A program made the translations under genes and the position numbers. This document shows positions 16,777 through 25,218 of a DNA stretch of 54,713 nt, piece by piece. How positions within the stretch are numbered: position 1 is the stretch's first letter; each line of letters begins with the position of its first letter. The notes under the pieces were generated by a model. That model searched no databases. It was not told where the DNA came from and was given only the letters and a program-made list of their open reading frames with translations. This stretch comes from a virus (lineage: Duplodnaviria; Caudoviricetes): positions 1 through 54,713 of IMG/VR virus record IMGVR_UViG_3300032117_000037, one strand, 5' to 3'.

Positions 16777-17890
16777 ATTCTTGTTCCTGTATTAAAGTTA
16801 TATATTCAGTTAACTGTTGTTGTTGCATGTTATAGCCTGTATTGAGCATTTGCATACTCATTACAATGCCAAAACCAGGCACTATTTCTTTGCCTTTTGG
16901 TACAGTTGTTTGAACTGTGGTAGTAGTGTTTGAGCTACTTGAGGTATTACTTGAGCTTGTGCTCGTTGTATTCGTTGATGCTGTCGTTGAGTTTGATGGG
17001 GTACTCACAATAACAGGGTTTTGTGGAACATCCACAGGTTGCACAGCCGTTTGGGTTGTACTCTTGGATATAACCGAATTCGGATTCGTTGGACTTATTG
17101 GACTTATAGGGCTCACTGGGTTGTTTATATTCGTAGCTGTCATTATACATGTATTGGAAGTCGTTGCCCAATCCGACCATGTTGGCGTGGAATATGGATC
17201 CGAACAGCTGGAGGATCTGTTTTGTATGATGCTTCCAGTATACCCAGGTTGGCATGACAGAGTCTGCGTTTGAACCGAGGGATTGCATGTTGCTGGATCT
17301 GGACTGCAACTGTTTGTTGTTGTTACCCATCCACTGTCTGAAGGCTGACCATAAGGATCCGAACACGTTACTGTGTCCGTTTGTATAATAGTCCCTGAGA
17401 AGTGCGTCTGACAACTTAACGTCCTTGTAGTTTGTGATGCGTGGCAAGTTGGTGGGTCTTGAACACACGAATTGCTGATAGTGGTCCACTGACCAGGTAC
17501 GGGTTGACCATAAGGATTTGGACAACTCGTTGTTGCTTGTTGGGTAATCTGTCCTGTGTAATGTATTGGACATGTTAATACCTGTTGTGACGTTGATGTC
17601 TGGCAAGTCGGTGGTGCTGGTGAACAATTATTGCTTGTTGTTGTCCATGGTCCCCAAGACTGCGTTGAACAAAAGTATTGCCTAGATTGGTTAATATTTC
17701 CAATTTGGTTTGGACCGCATGATAAAGACTGAAATTCAATCTGACTAATACATGGCGGAGGAACATAGCACACTGGATGGCCATATTGTTGAGACAATTG
17801 ATTACACCAATCAGTAAATTGATCTGCATATGCGTTAACTCCAGTTAGTAAGGCGGTAACAAGACCAACCATTTGTATTATTTTTAGCAT
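16640..17890 (-). CDS. secreted Cys-rich repeat protein
   Basis: Signal peptide ending AYA; four ~50-aa repeats of four Cys each; Ser/Thr/Pro-rich linker. Confidence 0.75.
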   Translation of the reverse strand: MLKIIQMVGLVTALLTGVNAYADQFTDWCNQLSQQYGHPVCYVPPPCISQIEFQSLSCGPNQIGNINQSRQYFCSTQSWGPWTTTSNNCSPAPPTCQTSTSQQVLTCPIHYTGQITQQATTSCPNPYGQPVPGQWTTISNSCVQDPPTCHASQTTRTLSCQTHFSGTIIQTDTVTCSDPYGQPSDSGWVTTTNSCSPDPATCNPSVQTQTLSCQPGYTGSIIQNRSSSCSDPYSTPTWSDWATTSNTCIMTATNINNPVSPISPISPTNPNSVISKSTTQTAVQPVDVPQNPVIVSTPSNSTTASTNTTSTSSSNTSSSSNTTTTVQTTVPKGKEIVPGFGIVMSMQMLNTGYNMQQQQLTEYITLIQEQEYGKQQDFLIDFITSNDTGDNLDRIADYRWRSLLGNNPLQRNGFND

Positions 17891-18038
17891 ATCTAAGTAA
17901 TGTAGTTCTTGGTATATTAGTTTTTATACTAGCTTCTATAGATCCTAAATAAGTAATACCATTTTTATTTATATTGTTAGAAACCCCAATATAAGACTTA
18001 TTATTTTCAATGCATTTAATTGCATAAACTGCTATCAT
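17835..18038 (-). pseudogene. internally deleted GIY-YIG homing endonuclease remnant
   Basis: AVYAIKC...KSYIGVS (GIY-YIG start) joined directly to an NGITY.S.EAS..TNIP..TL (NUMOD1-like HTH) end; catalytic core absent. Confidence 0.6.
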
Positions 18039-18511
18039 TTTTTAGAGTCCAATACAGGAACTACAAGTTTTTGATAGTAATCTTCACCGAATAACTTTCT
18101 AAAATACTCTGGTCTTTGTTTATAATGTTCTTTTAATGCTGCATCTCCTACCATTCCCATTATTGGGCAAGGACTACCCGAATTTATCATGGCATCCCAT
18201 ACTTTAGGATCTTGGCATAACACAGATACTGCTGCCACTTTTAAACCTAAATCATTAAGTGTTTTAGCTAACTTAATCTTTACGCAGTTATCATCAAGTA
18301 ATACAGTACCGCCAGACAAAGATAAAACGCCAATGTTCCCAGCCCCACTGACGGGAACAGCACAAACATCTTGGCTAAATGCAGACATACTAGGAGCAAT
18401 GGCACTACCAACGGGCATCCCCTTATTTTGAATGACTGTGGTATCAGCCCATGTATAGAGAGTACATCCCATTAAGCATAAGCCAATTAATAATAGAATA
18501 AGTTTTTTCAT
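18035..18511 (-). CDS. secreted/membrane protein with conserved Cys
   Basis: Signal peptide; APSMSAFSQDVC, DDNC..IKLAK, VLCQDP.VW and GSPCP motifs. Confidence 0.7.
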   Translation of the reverse strand: MKKLILLLIGLCLMGCTLYTWADTTVIQNKGMPVGSAIAPSMSAFSQDVCAVPVSGAGNIGVLSLSGGTVLLDDNCVKIKLAKTLNDLGLKVAAVSVLCQDPKVWDAMINSGSPCPIMGMVGDAALKEHYKQRPEYFRKLFGEDYYQKLVVPVLDSKK

Positions 18512-18517
18512 AGTGTC

Positions 18518-19870
18518 CTATATAGCGTGTATGGTAAATGTTTTCTTTTTAGGTATTCCATGAACAGCACCTATGATGTCCTTACGATCATCAGCTTGTG
18601 GTCCATCGATAAAATAAGGAATAGTTCCAGTTAATAATTCCCATCCAGCCATAAAGAAAGGAATGTTGTCTGAATAAGCATTGTTACAAGCTAAATCCCA
18701 CATATCACCTTCAAGGAACATACAAGAGCCTTGGCAGATTTGTAACACAGGGCAATTAGGGCAATCTTTACGATGGCTCCAGTGTGTGCTTGTATTTAAT
18801 TTAATGTTTTCAAAGTCAGATATATGTCCAATTAAATGACTTTTACCATTAAAACTTGTAGCTACATTAGAAGCATTTTGACAAGTTAATACATTGCCTT
18901 TTAAATCTACTGCAAGCTTACTAGGATCATCCATACCGCATTTTTGTCCTAGTGATGAAGCAGGTCTTTTGTTTAAGATTGAGTTAACAAATCCTTTGAC
19001 TTTAGTATTTAAAATATCAAAGTTCTGTGCTTCACCTTTACGTATTTCATTAAAGGAATTGTTTCTAAATTCTATATGATCAGCTTGATCTGACATACAA
19101 ACAGCTTTACCGCCTTCATCATAAGGATCAATAAATGCACCTTCACCAATAGGTACATCAAATCCTAAACGATCTTTAAACCATTTACTTATTGCAGAAC
19201 GGCTTGGATTATCTTTATGGATCATGGCATTAAAACTCATACGGCCTTTAGGACCTAATCTATTCCATAAATCCATAATCATTGCAAATTGTTCTGGGTT
19301 ATCAAATGGATCAACGCCTCTTACATGATAACCTGGACCATCATGAGAAACACCCACACCAAAGTTCATTTCATCTAGCCATTGGTTTTTTTCTAAATCT
19401 AATATTGTGCCATTAGTAACAATATTAAATTGAGCATTAGGATATAAAGCTCTAATGCCCTCAGCTAAAGGTTTTAATGTTTTCCAATACACAAAGGGTT
19501 CACCACCCCAAAACTCTACTCTTAGATCTGACCCATCACCCTTTAACCAAGTAGGTAATGTTTCTAAAAATGGAGCTACATCGTCTTTTGTGGTTTCATC
19601 AGCATGAGGTACAAAACGTTGATTGCAATATGTACACTCATAATTACAAGATAAACCTAATTGTATTTTAAGTACTTGAATATCTTTATTTTTGCCTGCA
19701 GGTGAGTCAACACTTGTTTTAACAGGGAAATCTTTATATTCTTGTGCTGGTCTTCCAAAGTCAATAATTGTACCTTGTTCGTCAAATACCATAGAAGACA
19801 TATTGTCATACCAAAAAACTTTTTGTTCGTTGGTAATAGGTTTAATTGCCGTAATTCTAAATTTAGCCAT
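18518..19870 (-). CDS. radical SAM/SPASM-domain peptide or protein maturase
   Basis: CNYECTYC (CxxxCxxC), FWGGEP, SPASM cysteines CG...GNVLTC and CPNCPVLQICQGSC...AC; ~60-aa N-terminal extension. Confidence 0.92.
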   Translation of the reverse strand: MAKFRITAIKPITNEQKVFWYDNMSSMVFDEQGTIIDFGRPAQEYKDFPVKTSVDSPAGKNKDIQVLKIQLGLSCNYECTYCNQRFVPHADETTKDDVAPFLETLPTWLKGDGSDLRVEFWGGEPFVYWKTLKPLAEGIRALYPNAQFNIVTNGTILDLEKNQWLDEMNFGVGVSHDGPGYHVRGVDPFDNPEQFAMIMDLWNRLGPKGRMSFNAMIHKDNPSRSAISKWFKDRLGFDVPIGEGAFIDPYDEGGKAVCMSDQADHIEFRNNSFNEIRKGEAQNFDILNTKVKGFVNSILNKRPASSLGQKCGMDDPSKLAVDLKGNVLTCQNASNVATSFNGKSHLIGHISDFENIKLNTSTHWSHRKDCPNCPVLQICQGSCMFLEGDMWDLACNNAYSDNIPFFMAGWELLTGTIPYFIDGPQADDRKDIIGAVHGIPKKKTFTIHAI

Positions 19871-20511
19871 TATAGAGTAGCGTAATTTCTTACTGTTTCT
19901 TTTACCTTGATATTGGTAACAAGGGCTATCGTATCTACCCTTCCTAAATTAATCTCGGATGTATGAAAAAGATATGAAGGATGTATTAAAAAAGTACCAG
20001 GCACAGGGCTTACTTCATGCATGACTGAGTGATTTAAAAATCTACTTCTCATAGCTATAGGATCAATGATATGCAATCTGCTGCCTGCTGGTTTTTGATG
20101 TGTATTATTGCCAGGGAAGTCAGTAACATCAATATGGCACCATAATACTGCTACATAATCTACACTTCTATGTACATGGGTTTTAGCAAATTCACCAGGA
20201 CCAAACTTTCTTAAAGCTGTTGTGGCTTCAAATTCTACATTTTCTGGATCATAAAAGTTTTCTGCTTTTGCCATTTCAATCATGCGTGATTTAAGCATTT
20301 GTTTAAATTTTTGACATGATTCTCTATCATCTAACAATAAGTTATAAGATACTTCTGGAGATTTACGCATAGCTACAGGAACATGAGCTTCAGGTCTTGA
20401 TGCCTCATATTCAAATCCAATATTAATTAAATCAGTTAAAAATTCTTGTGTTACTTCAGGTGCTATTGGCTCATAAATGATATTAGTTGCCCATAGTTTT
20501 AATAAGCTCAT
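19870..20511 (-). CDS. 2OG-Fe(II) oxygenase (TIGR02466-like)
   Basis: HVH...VAVLW and PGTFLIHPSYLFH jelly-roll metal ligands; TAATG-coupled to the rSAM gene. Confidence 0.75.
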   Translation of the reverse strand: MSLLKLWATNIIYEPIAPEVTQEFLTDLINIGFEYEASRPEAHVPVAMRKSPEVSYNLLLDDRESCQKFKQMLKSRMIEMAKAENFYDPENVEFEATTALRKFGPGEFAKTHVHRSVDYVAVLWCHIDVTDFPGNNTHQKPAGSRLHIIDPIAMRSRFLNHSVMHEVSPVPGTFLIHPSYLFHTSEINLGRVDTIALVTNIKVKETVRNYATL

Positions 20512-20519
20512 TTAAATTC

Positions 20520-21287
20520 CTATACAAGCGTTACAGTTTTTGTAGATACTCCAGCCCAATATTTATAGCCCATTTTAATGGTAACTACTTCACCTGCATT
20601 TAAGCCTTGTGTATTTAATTGGAATGTTTGTCCATTTATAGCACGACTTCTATTTAATACGCCATTATCTGCTGAAAGAAATACAGTAGTGTTTTTAGGA
20701 GCATTGACTGTATAAGTTGTAGATTGACCAGCTGTTAAACTAGATTCACCTGCAAGTGATACAGGTAACCAAGCATCAAGGTAATTTTTCATTGATGTAA
20801 TAGATAAAGCAGATGGTGTTGAACCATTTACTGTAACAGAAGCATTTGGAGAATCACGATACACTATAGTGATTTCATCTATTGTACAGTTTGCTGAAGG
20901 AGTTAAAATGTATAAAAATGCATAAGAACCATAATTGTTACTAATGACAGAAAATGGACTTCCTGATAATTGTTTACCTTCTGTAGTAGGTACGCTTGTA
21001 TATGTTTCGTTAGGATTGACTCTATTCGGAAATGAGAGTTGTGTAGTTTCAACCATTTGAATAGGTGTATCACTTTTCCATAAAGATTCTGGATAAAATG
21101 CTATACATCCATGATCTTGGCCATATTTAGAAACAATATTAGACAAACTAAAAGTGCCTGAAAAATTAATATCAGCAATACTTTGTGAGTTTGTTGTATC
21201 GGTGATTGATATAGTTAGAGTATCACCTGAAATACTAATCTCATTTTTTGTGATAGTTCTATTTGTTGTTAGCTTTAAAAATTCCAT
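20520..21287 (-). CDS. unknown beta-rich protein of the rSAM cluster (Ig-like C-terminus)
   Basis: AAGGA RBS; LTAGQSTTYTV...VTIKMGYKYW..VSTKTVTLV; lies between the Cys-tailed genes and the oxygenase. Confidence 0.65.
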   Translation of the reverse strand: MEFLKLTTNRTITKNEISISGDTLTISITDTTNSQSIADINFSGTFSLSNIVSKYGQDHGCIAFYPESLWKSDTPIQMVETTQLSFPNRVNPNETYTSVPTTEGKQLSGSPFSVISNNYGSYAFLYILTPSANCTIDEITIVYRDSPNASVTVNGSTPSALSITSMKNYLDAWLPVSLAGESSLTAGQSTTYTVNAPKNTTVFLSADNGVLNRSRAINGQTFQLNTQGLNAGEVVTIKMGYKYWAGVSTKTVTLV

Positions 21288-21298
21288 ATATTATCCTT

Positions 21299-21580
21299 TT
21301 AACAATTACATCTACAATTACAATTATTCGTTCCTATTCCATATACGCCACCACCAGTATCATACCAATACCAAGCACCAAATGGAAGATTACCACCATT
21401 ACCGCAGTTTCCTACACTAAAATTACTTATGCTTAATGCACCTGCATAATTACCTAAATCATTAGTATACTGACTTAGTTTGGTTGGTCTTCCTGCCACT
21501 TGTGTCCATGCAAAAGTTGAGCTTGATAATGTAGTTCCATCACCAAAAACTATACTACCATTTGTGAGCTGCGTTGACAT
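21299..21580 (-). CDS. Cys-tailed mini tail-fibre / RiPP-like precursor 3 (..NNCNCRCNC)
   Basis: Paralog of its neighbours: FGDGTTLS, PTKLSQYTNDLGNY, C-terminal CxCxCxC; AAGG RBS. Confidence 0.85.
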   Translation of the reverse strand: MSTQLTNGSIVFGDGTTLSSSTFAWTQVAGRPTKLSQYTNDLGNYAGALSISNFSVGNCGNGGNLPFGAWYWYDTGGGVYGIGTNNCNCRCNC

Positions 21581-21589
21581 AGATAACCT

Positions 21590-21874
21590 TTAGCAATTAC
21601 ACTGACAATTACAATTTGGAGAATATGGATATAATGTAGATCCATTCCATCCTACAAGTATTTGTGCATCAGATGGGGAACTACTATTCCAATAAGCTAC
21701 TGTAGTAGTATCTATATTGCTTGCTGTTAACCAACCACCATAATTACCCAAATCATTGGTAAATTGACTTAATAAAGTTGGAACACCAGTAATAGAGCCT
21801 TGAGCAACTGTATTAGTGCTTAGTGTGGTACTGTCTCCAAATACAACTGATCCATTTGTTAATTGCGTTGACAT
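21590..21874 (-). CDS. Cys-tailed mini tail-fibre / RiPP-like precursor 2 (..NCNCQCNC)
   Basis: FGDSTTLS, PTLLSQFTNDLGNY, C-terminal CxCxCxC; AAGGA RBS. Confidence 0.85.
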   Translation of the reverse strand: MSTQLTNGSVVFGDSTTLSTNTVAQGSITGVPTLLSQFTNDLGNYGGWLTASNIDTTTVAYWNSSSPSDAQILVGWNGSTLYPYSPNCNCQCNC

Positions 21875-21884
21875 TTATTTTCCT

Positions 21885-22154
21885 TTAGCAATTACAATAA
21901 CAATTACAATTACAATTAGATACTTGCAAACCAATTTGAGATCCATTCCAAGTAAAATTAACATGAGGATTGGATGCTCCACCTACACCACTAGTATTTA
22001 CACTTGTAACCCAATTTTCATAGTTACCTAAATCATTAGTGAATTGACTCAATTTTGTACTTGGGTTTGTAACATTTGCATAGGGCAAATTAGCACTAGA
22101 TAATGAGGTGCCATCTCCAAAAGTTACATTACCATTACCAATATTTGCTGACAT
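21885..22154 (-). CDS. Cys-tailed mini tail-fibre / RiPP-like precursor 1 (..NCNCNCYCNC)
   Basis: FGDGTSLS, STKLSQFTNDLGNY, five C-terminal Cys; TAATG-coupled to the upstream fibre gene. Confidence 0.85.
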   Translation of the reverse strand: MSANIGNGNVTFGDGTSLSSANLPYANVTNPSTKLSQFTNDLGNYENWVTSVNTSGVGGASNPHVNFTWNGSQIGLQVSNCNCNCYCNC

Positions 22155-23146
22155 TATACAGTTCCGTAAGAAGTTACTGAAGCTTTAACTGTTAAATTTC
22201 CTGATGAGTCTAATTTAGCCACATTAGTGCCATTGTAATTAAAATATAAAGTTGTACCTGTAGGTGTTACTGACCAGCCACCTGGATTTGAAATAGATCC
22301 AGCTGGAGTAGCAGTAATTTGAGATACTACATAAGCAGTGGTAGCAATATTAACTGAATTATCACCCGCAGGAGGTGTGGTGGCTACTGCACCAGCAAGT
22401 CCTGTCATAGTTGTACTTGGAGCTACTAATTGTGTATTGTTTACAGTATAAGTTCCTGTACCGCCAGAACCTGAAACAAAGCCTGTGATTTCTGTATTTG
22501 AGGATATGCCTGAGCCTGTCACACGTTGACCAATAAATATGACACCAGAGTTTACTGCGGTGACATTTAAAGTCGTACCTGATGCACCAGATCCGTTACT
22601 AATACCACCTACAAAGGAAGCGGCTTTATAAGCACCAAGAACACCAGCGGCTAAGAAATTACCTGTCTCAGTTACATTACCAGATACGGTTAAATTGCCA
22701 TTGATTGTAAAATTACCCGCAGATCCTGTTTGTGCTGAGTAAAAACCTGTTCCTGTACCAGATACATTATAAGCATCACAATAACATTGAGCGGTAGTTA
22801 AAGGTGGAATAACAAGAGATACTGAACCACCAGAAGCTGACATGGTGAGGTTATAGTTTGTATTGTTGGTGATGATATAGAATTTATTGACTAAAGGAGC
22901 TATGATCGTAGAAGCAGTTGTTGGAGATCCACCTACTACAAGCACCATATTTCTAGCATCATCAGATGTACCATTAAGGTTGGTAAGGGTATAAGTATTG
23001 GATGCTGGCATAGAAATACCATCAACACCTGTAATAGCTTGTTCTACAAGGTTCCAGTTTGTATTGGTTGTATCACCCCATGTACCCGCTTGATCACCGT
23101 CACCGATTAGGGTTATTTTTAACGAGGTTGAGTAGGTTTCTGCCAT
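22154..23146 (-). CDS. tail fibre protein
   Basis: STSLKITLIGDGDQAGTWG.TTN.N N-terminus; DNSVNIATTAYV fibre motif; LYFNYNG..VAKLDSSGNL C-terminus. Confidence 0.75.
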   Translation of the reverse strand: MAETYSTSLKITLIGDGDQAGTWGDTTNTNWNLVEQAITGVDGISMPASNTYTLTNLNGTSDDARNMVLVVGGSPTTASTIIAPLVNKFYIITNNTNYNLTMSASGGSVSLVIPPLTTAQCYCDAYNVSGTGTGFYSAQTGSAGNFTINGNLTVSGNVTETGNFLAAGVLGAYKAASFVGGISNGSGASGTTLNVTAVNSGVIFIGQRVTGSGISSNTEITGFVSGSGGTGTYTVNNTQLVAPSTTMTGLAGAVATTPPAGDNSVNIATTAYVVSQITATPAGSISNPGGWSVTPTGTTLYFNYNGTNVAKLDSSGNLTVKASVTSYGTV

Positions 23147-23180
23147 GATTATTTCCTTTAAATTAAGCCTATATTATACT

Positions 23181-24080
23181 TTATTGTGAATTATTTACCA
23201 ATGTCCAAGTGTTTAAATCTGTGTTATTTACAAGCACCCAGCCAGTTGTATTGGAGTTATTTACAGCATTCCAAGTAATAATGTCACGATCATCTATTGT
23301 GATCCATCCACGTTGGATAAGAAGGTCTAAAATACCTATATTTTCAAATACAGAGGCTATAAAGTTGGCTTTTATTGAAAGCACATCTTGTACTCCTATA
23401 TTTTCAGAAATAGTATCTAAGAAGTTAGCTTGTACTGTATTAGAGTCATTAGCACCAAAGTTTTCAAAAATGGTAGCAAAGAATACGCTAATGATAGATT
23501 CTATATCGGCTAAACTAATTGCTTCAGCTACGCTTGATACAAATCCTGCACTTGCTGTTTCAATTTCACCTACAGTAATGTTTTCACTGATGCTAGACTT
23601 AAATTGAGCAGTAATCGTAGGTGTATCGTTCCAATTGCTATTTTCAGTAATAGATGACTGGAATTGAGCTGAAATTGCAATCACATCTGCCCATGTAGAA
23701 TTCTCGGTAATAGAATCTAATGCGGCAAAGTAAACAGCATAAGTGTCAGCCATTGTAATATTCTCTGTATCAGAGACTGCAAATTGGGCTGTAATACTCT
23801 CAGAATCGTTCATAGTAACGTTTTCTGATATGGTTTGACCAAAAGTACTCACTTCACTATTTGAATCAGCCATAGTAAGGAATTCATTTAAACTTTCGTA
23901 GAATTGTCCACCTAACGCATTAATATCCACCATGTTGACATTTTCTGTCACAGATTGATTAAATACAAATGCTTGGCTATTTGTATCAGCCATATTAATA
24001 TTCTCTGTAAGGTTTAGAGAATAAGCATTACCACCTAAAGATGCATAAGGTGGTTGAGCAAATGCGGCATACCCAAACAC
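23181..24080 (-). CDS. acidic virion protein with ~12 tandem 20-aa repeats
   Basis: MFGYAAFAQPPYA N-terminus; (T/S)EN-x-x-x-x-D periodicity; Trp-repeat C-terminus. Confidence 0.7.
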   Translation of the reverse strand: MFGYAAFAQPPYASLGGNAYSLNLTENINMADTNSQAFVFNQSVTENVNMVDINALGGQFYESLNEFLTMADSNSEVSTFGQTISENVTMNDSESITAQFAVSDTENITMADTYAVYFAALDSITENSTWADVIAISAQFQSSITENSNWNDTPTITAQFKSSISENITVGEIETASAGFVSSVAEAISLADIESIISVFFATIFENFGANDSNTVQANFLDTISENIGVQDVLSIKANFIASVFENIGILDLLIQRGWITIDDRDIITWNAVNNSNTTGWVLVNNTDLNTWTLVNNSQ

Positions 24081-24247
24081 TATACTACCTCATCTGCTGG
24101 TTCTGGCGTATTACCTTCTTCAAGCCATTTTAGGTAGGCTTGGTAGTCTGTGTTATCAACCCATTCCCCAAAAGACGTAATAGAACCATCATCATTGTTT
24201 TTGATAATAATTATTCCAGTTAAATTATTTTGTATTTTATATGCCAT
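24080..24247 (-). CDS. 55-aa tail-fibre-associated chaperone-like protein (not in ORF track)
   Basis: MAYKIQNN...NTDYQAYLKWLEEGNTPEPAD; coupled by TAATG and TAGTG overlaps. Confidence 0.75.
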   Translation of the reverse strand: MAYKIQNNLTGIIIIKNNDDGSITSFGEWVDNTDYQAYLKWLEEGNTPEPADEVV

Positions 24248-25209
24248 TATAGTTCCGCATTTGCAGCAATATATGAATTATTACTTCCAGCATCCCTTAG
24301 GGTTGCTAATGTATTAACGGTTAATGAGCTATTTGTTGTTGAATAAGTTAATGCAAATGGGGTAACAGTATTTAAAGCTACAACGCTAACAGTTGCAGTT
24401 GAAGAAAATTGCAATATTTGAAATGTAGCGGATGCAGAAGTCACTAATGATGGCGTTGTTCTCATATATACTTGTAGTGGTTGAATAAATAAACAAGAAG
24501 TAGTAGTTGGTGTGTAACCTTGAGCATATGTAAAAAAAGCAGTAAAACTATTGTATTGTTGATAATACCTCTGACAATTAGCCAATTCCTGATTATAAAG
24601 TCTGCGTTCAAACGGTGTTGCTGATGTGCCTATTTCTAGTTGGACACCTGTAAACCTAGTCTCATCTGTTGAAGTTGAGCCATTTCTATAAATATAAATA
24701 AAAGCACCATTAGATACAGATGATGATAAAGAGCTAAAATTAACAGTATATTTAGTCCATGTAGATGAAATAGTTATAGCAGACGAAGTTTGCTCTACGT
24801 TTTGTGTAGCAAAATTATTTAAAGCACTTGGAGTTCCAATTTGAACTGATAATGTATTAGTTCCGCTTACACTTTTTGCCCAAAATGATACTGTTAATGA
24901 TTGTCCATAAGTATCTAAAATATTATATGATTCTATTCTTTGATTGATAAGATGATTTGCACCTGTAATATCTAAAGAATACTGAAACCCTGTAGGAACA
25001 TCGGTAGATTGAGTTACCGCAGTTGGGCTATTACCAGCATACCATCTATCAGCTGTATATCCATTTCCACTAAAACTTGTTCCTCTTTGCCATACTTGCA
25101 TAGCACCATTTATAATACGGTTCTTAATCACATAAGGTGATGCTGCGGCTCCTTGTAAAGATGAGTCGTTAAACGTGACTCCGTTACTGCCATCTAAAAT
25201 CATGCTCAT
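24247..25209 (-). CDS. tail fibre / receptor-binding protein with carbohydrate-binding-like domain
   Basis: KNRIINGAMQVWQRG, YTADRW, GVQLEIG..ATPFE.R and ELANCQRYY motifs. Confidence 0.8.
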   Translation of the reverse strand: MSMILDGSNGVTFNDSSLQGAAASPYVIKNRIINGAMQVWQRGTSFSGNGYTADRWYAGNSPTAVTQSTDVPTGFQYSLDITGANHLINQRIESYNILDTYGQSLTVSFWAKSVSGTNTLSVQIGTPSALNNFATQNVEQTSSAITISSTWTKYTVNFSSLSSSVSNGAFIYIYRNGSTSTDETRFTGVQLEIGTSATPFERRLYNQELANCQRYYQQYNSFTAFFTYAQGYTPTTTSCLFIQPLQVYMRTTPSLVTSASATFQILQFSSTATVSVVALNTVTPFALTYSTTNSSLTVNTLATLRDAGSNNSYIAANAEL

Positions 25210-25218
25210 GCTAATTCC

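Noticed and set aside
16947-17627. 226-aa alternative-frame ORF within the Cys-repeat gene
   Set aside because: No RBS or motif; best explained as a shadow of the repetitive coding frame
18518-19870. Radical SAM enzyme as PqqE acting on the phage PqqA
   Set aside because: It lies 14 kb from pqqA, has no adjacent pqqB/C/D, lacks a recognisable PqqE N-terminal pattern and has obvious Cys-rich substrates next door
21299-21920. CAATTA-type short repeats at ~290-bp spacing as a CRISPR array or microsatellite
   Set aside because: They are simply the Asn-Cys codons ending three paralogous genes; no repeat-spacer structure or cas genes
21299-22154. Diversity-generating retroelement or shufflon behind the three variable paralogs
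   Set aside because: No reverse transcriptase, invertase or near-identical TR/VR pair in the window; divergence is not adenine-specific by eye
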